Shown one piece after another: positions 12,942-15,577 of a DNA stretch of 15,577 nt; within the stretch, counting starts at the first letter, position 1, and each line of letters begins with the position of its first letter. The notes under the pieces were generated by a model that saw only the letters and a program-made list of their open reading frames with translations, was not told the origin of the DNA and did no database searches. A program made the position numbers and the translations under genes. Origin of the DNA: an uncultured Bacilli bacterium (lineage in GTDB: Bacteria > Bacillota_I > Bacilli_A > RF39 > UBA660); NCBI GenBank assembly GCA_947631035.1, contig CANRJW010000030.1, forward strand, positions 1 to 15,577, in the 5' to 3' direction.

Positions 12942-13560
12942 GTTTATCCACCACCTTTATAAATTCCATACTCACCATTTTTATATCTTTTAAGGGTTTG
13001 TCATTGTTATCTGTTACTACCGATGCAATTTCATCAACTACATCCATACCTGCTAAAACTTTGCCAAAAGCCGCGTAGGAACCATCCAAATTGGCGGTAT
13101 TTTGATTATTTTCAAGAACAATGAAAAATTGACTACTGGCACTATCCATACTAATCCCATTTCTGGCCATGGATACAATGCCACGTTCATGTTTTAAAGA
13201 ATTTTCCACACCATTTTCTTGAAATTCACCTTTGATTGTACTGGCATTTCTTCCTAAATCAGTACCATCTCCACCTTGAATCACGAAATTTCTTACTACG
13301 CGATGAAAAATCGTATCGTTATAAAAATCACTTGCAACTAATTTTTGAAAGTTGGCCACTGTAATTGGAGCCACATCTGGATATAGTTCCATAATGATTT
13401 TTTTCTCTTGCTCTAGGTTAATCACTACAGTATTGGTTTTCTTATTCGTCTCTTGGTACGTGATATTTTCGTAAGTCTTTTCTTCACTTAAAATGGTTTT
13501 TCCACAACCGGTTAGAAATAAGAAACTACCTAAAATAATCAAAATCTTCCACTTTTTCAT
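12934..13560 (-). CDS. Cyclophilin-type peptidyl-prolyl cis-trans isomerase, lipoprotein
   Basis: Signal peptide with lipobox (FLFLTGC) and cyclophilin motifs (FHRVVRNFVIQGGD, SMARNG, SQFFI). Overlaps gltX by 8 nt. Confidence 0.92.
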   Translation of the reverse strand: MKKWKILIILGSFLFLTGCGKTILSEEKTYENITYQETNKKTNTVVINLEQEKKIIMELYPDVAPITVANFQKLVASDFYNDTIFHRVVRNFVIQGGDGTDLGRNASTIKGEFQENGVENSLKHERGIVSMARNGISMDSASSQFFIVLENNQNTANLDGSYAAFGKVLAGMDVVDEIASVVTDNNDKPLKDIKMVSMEFIKVVDKHE

Positions 13561-14270
13561 TTTACTTTCCTCCTTAAGCTTTCTAAATATTTTTTATCTT
13601 CTTCGTTTACGCGAAAACTCTCTTTTATTTTACTAATCGTTTTGTTAAAAGTAAATGTATTTATATGACTTTTTACTAAATAAGTTAAAGTTTCTTCCCT
13701 AAATTGAATAAAACATTCACATAAAAGCCAAGCAATTGCCATGTTGACATAGTAAGAATCTATGGTAATTTCCTCTATTAAAGAAAAAATTTCTTCTAAA
13801 TATTCTGGACTAATAAAATAATTTAAAAACATTACCAAGCCAACTCTTATTTTAAAGACTTCGTTTGAACTCACATATTCTTTAAAATAGGAAAACCAAA
13901 ATGATTTTTCTTTTTCTACAATTTTTAAACTCGCACAAAATCCATCACAAATGGCCCAGTTATCAATCTTTTCTATATACTGTGGCAAATACTTTAGTAA
14001 AGTTTCTTTTTCCTTCATACTTGCTAACACAAAACCCTCTATTAGAACTTCTTCGTAATATTTATTCTTTGTAACTTTTAAAAAAGAGGCAATATCCCTT
14101 TTTGCAATTTCTTTCGATATTCGTCTTACGATAGGAACCCGAATGCCAATGATTTCATATTTGGTTTGAATACATTTCTTTTGAAATTCTTGGTAGGTTC
14201 TATCTTGCTTACTTTTTAAAACATGACGATATTTGCTATAACTTTCTGTTGTCCAATTTTTCATATTCAC
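13557..14270 (-). CDS. DNA alkylation repair protein family (AlkD/YhaZ-like HEAT-repeat)
   Basis: The pattern ...YQEFQKK.I.TKYEIIGIRVP..R.ISKEI... with NWAICDGFC. The tracked start is GTG 14270; ATG 14264 is an alternative. ATGA overlap with the downstream PPIase gene. Confidence 0.78.
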   Translation of the reverse strand: MNMKNWTTESYSKYRHVLKSKQDRTYQEFQKKCIQTKYEIIGIRVPIVRRISKEIAKRDIASFLKVTKNKYYEEVLIEGFVLASMKEKETLLKYLPQYIEKIDNWAICDGFCASLKIVEKEKSFWFSYFKEYVSSNEVFKIRVGLVMFLNYFISPEYLEEIFSLIEEITIDSYYVNMAIAWLLCECFIQFREETLTYLVKSHINTFTFNKTISKIKESFRVNEEDKKYLESLRRKVK

Positions 14271-14301
14271 CGACTCATTAACATTTCTTTTTATTATAGT
14301 T

Positions 14302-14331
14302 ATTATAACATACTCTAAATGAAACCTGCAA
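14302..14331 (-). promoter_or_regulatory. Promoter of the AlkD-like/PPIase/gltX operon
   Basis: On the minus strand: TTGCAG (14331..14326), an 18-nt spacer, then TGtTATAAT (14310..14302). Confidence 0.45.
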
Positions 14332-15577
14332 GAATTCTAGAAAATGTATATGGCAATCGCATAAAAAAAATAATGTAAAATTTGGTATAATTACTTTTTT
14401 AAATAAAAAAAATTATGTATTCTTATAATATAGGACGGTGTAAGAATATATGAAATCATTAATAAATCATTTTGAAATATTAGAAGACCCAAGGGATATA
14501 AGAGGGAAAAAACATGATTTAGCAAATATCTTAGTAATGACAGTATATGGTATCTTATGTGGATATACTGACTTTGAAAATATGGCAGATTTTTTGGAAG
14601 TTCATGAAGATTATTTTACTAATCTTTTATCATTAGAAAATGGTATTCCTTCTCATGATACTTTTTCTCGAGTTTTTTCTTTAATAGATACTAAAAATTT
14701 TTTAAATATATTTATCGATTGGATAAAAGAAATTGTTGACAAAAAAGGACAACATTTATGTATTGATGGTAAAGCAATAAAAAGTGCTAGAGATGCTATT
14801 AATAGTGGTAATACTCCTTATATAGTTTCAGGCTTTCTTGCTGATATAGGTATATCTATTGGTCAAGTTAAAGTAGATGATAAATCCAATGAAATCACAG
14901 CTATACCAGATTTAATCAAGCTTTTAGATATCGAGGGTAAAATTATTACAATTGATGCCATCGGTACTCAAGAAGAAATTTGCAACTTAATTACTAATAA
15001 GGATAAAAAGGGTAACTATATCTTAAAAGTTAAAGATAATCAAAAAGACTTAAAAGATGATATTAAAACTTATTTTGATTTAGGCCTTAAAAGAGATGAT
15101 ACAGATATTATTATTTGGGATACTGATTATGAAAAAAATCATGGAAGAATAGAAAAAAGAATATATTATTTATCGTATAATATAGATTGTATAACTGACA
15201 AAAATAAATGGAAATCTGTAAAAGCTATCGGTAGAATTGATGTTTATCGTGAAGAAAATGGTCAAGTTAAAACTACTAAACATTATTATATTTTAAGTAA
15301 TACTTTCGATATTAATTCATTTATTAAAATATCTAGAGAGCATTGGAATATAGAATGTTCCCTACATTGGCGATTAGATGTCATCATGGATGAAGACCAT
15401 TCTAGAAATAGAGTTGGCAACTCCATTGATAATTTATCTTTGATTCGTAAACTTGTTTTCAATCTTGCTAGACTTGATGATTCTATGGGAAAACTTACCT
15501 TAAAGAAAAAAATGACTCGATATATAAGTGATTTTTCTAATATTGAAAATCTTATATTCAATGTCATTCCTTCTTTA
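14332..15577 (+). mobile_element. ISAs1-family insertion sequence, right part outside the window; left end only bracketed
   Basis: The transposase ORF, plus the fact that the neighbouring operon promoter ends at 14331, places the left IS terminus somewhere in 14332-14449. The inverted repeat cannot be defined without the other end. Confidence 0.5.
14450..15577 (+). CDS. ISAs1 family transposase (H-repeat-associated type), 376 codons open to the window edge with no stop
   Basis: Hand translation begins MKSLINHFEILEDPRDIRGKKHDLANILVMTVYGILCGYTDFENMADF... (DDE_Tnp_1-associated N-domain). It continues through IDGKAIKSA, ITIDAIGTQ and HWNIECSLHWRLDVIMDEDHSRNR. The ORF is missing from the track because it is not stop-bounded. 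Confidence 0.9.
   Translation, partial: MKSLINHFEILEDPRDIRGKKHDLANILVMTVYGILCGYTDFENMADFLEVHEDYFTNLLSLENGIPSHDTFSRVFSLIDTKNFLNIFIDWIKEIVDKKGQHLCIDGKAIKSARDAINSGNTPYIVSGFLADIGISIGQVKVDDKSNEITAIPDLIKLLDIEGKIITIDAIGTQEEICNLITNKDKKGNYILKVKDNQKDLKDDIKTYFDLGLKRDDTDIIIWDTDYEKNHGRIEKRIYYLSYNIDCITDKNKWKSVKAIGRIDVYREENGQVKTTKHYYILSNTFDINSFIKISREHWNIECSLHWRLDVIMDEDHSRNRVGNSIDNLSLIRKLVFNLARLDDSMGKLTLKKKMTRYISDFSNIENLIFNVIPSL

Noticed and set aside
12934-14331. T-box or other riboswitch leader for gltX.
   Set aside because: gltX overlaps the upstream gene, and the operon 5' UTR is only about 25-30 nt, so no structured leader can fit.
14331-14338. AGAATTCT palindrome (EcoRI-centred) as a possible IS terminal repeat or operator.
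   Set aside because: It is only 8 bp, overlaps the predicted -35 region of the operon promoter, and has no partner sequence available to test as an IR.

Overview
Low-GC, standard-code, Firmicutes-like chromosomal segment (tRNA with encoded CCA, AGGAGG-type ribosome-binding sites (SDs), lipobox lipoprotein). Almost all genes are on the minus strand. The core is housekeeping. One operon runs nrdD-nrdG-ASCH-small PII-like protein-ttcA (7367 to 3078), with a divergent Crp/Fnr regulator. A second runs AlkD-like-cyclophilin lipoprotein-gltX-K/T-rich membrane protein-phosphodiester glycosidase (14270 to 8485) and is followed by a lone tRNA-Glu(CUC). Both window ends are accessory. The right end holds an ISAs1-family transposase ORF that is absent from the ORF track because it runs off the window (14450..15577). 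The left end (105..3026) holds a three-gene module that I consider the most interesting part. It has its own promoter, SD and ATG at 2969, followed by a G10 homopolymer that frameshifts a membrane-anchored FGE-sulfatase/SUMF1-like surface protein, so the track only shows the 5'-truncated 498-aa ORF. Next comes an untracked 59-aa XRE-type HTH ORF that starts 3 nt after that gene's stop and has no SD of its own. Then come operator-like palindromes abutting a near-consensus promoter, and an Rpn/PD-(D/E)XK recombination-promoting nuclease with an internal in-frame SD+ATG. No CRISPR array, rRNA, reverse transcriptase or riboswitch-like leader was seen. Functional calls come from motif recognition by eye; no searches were run.
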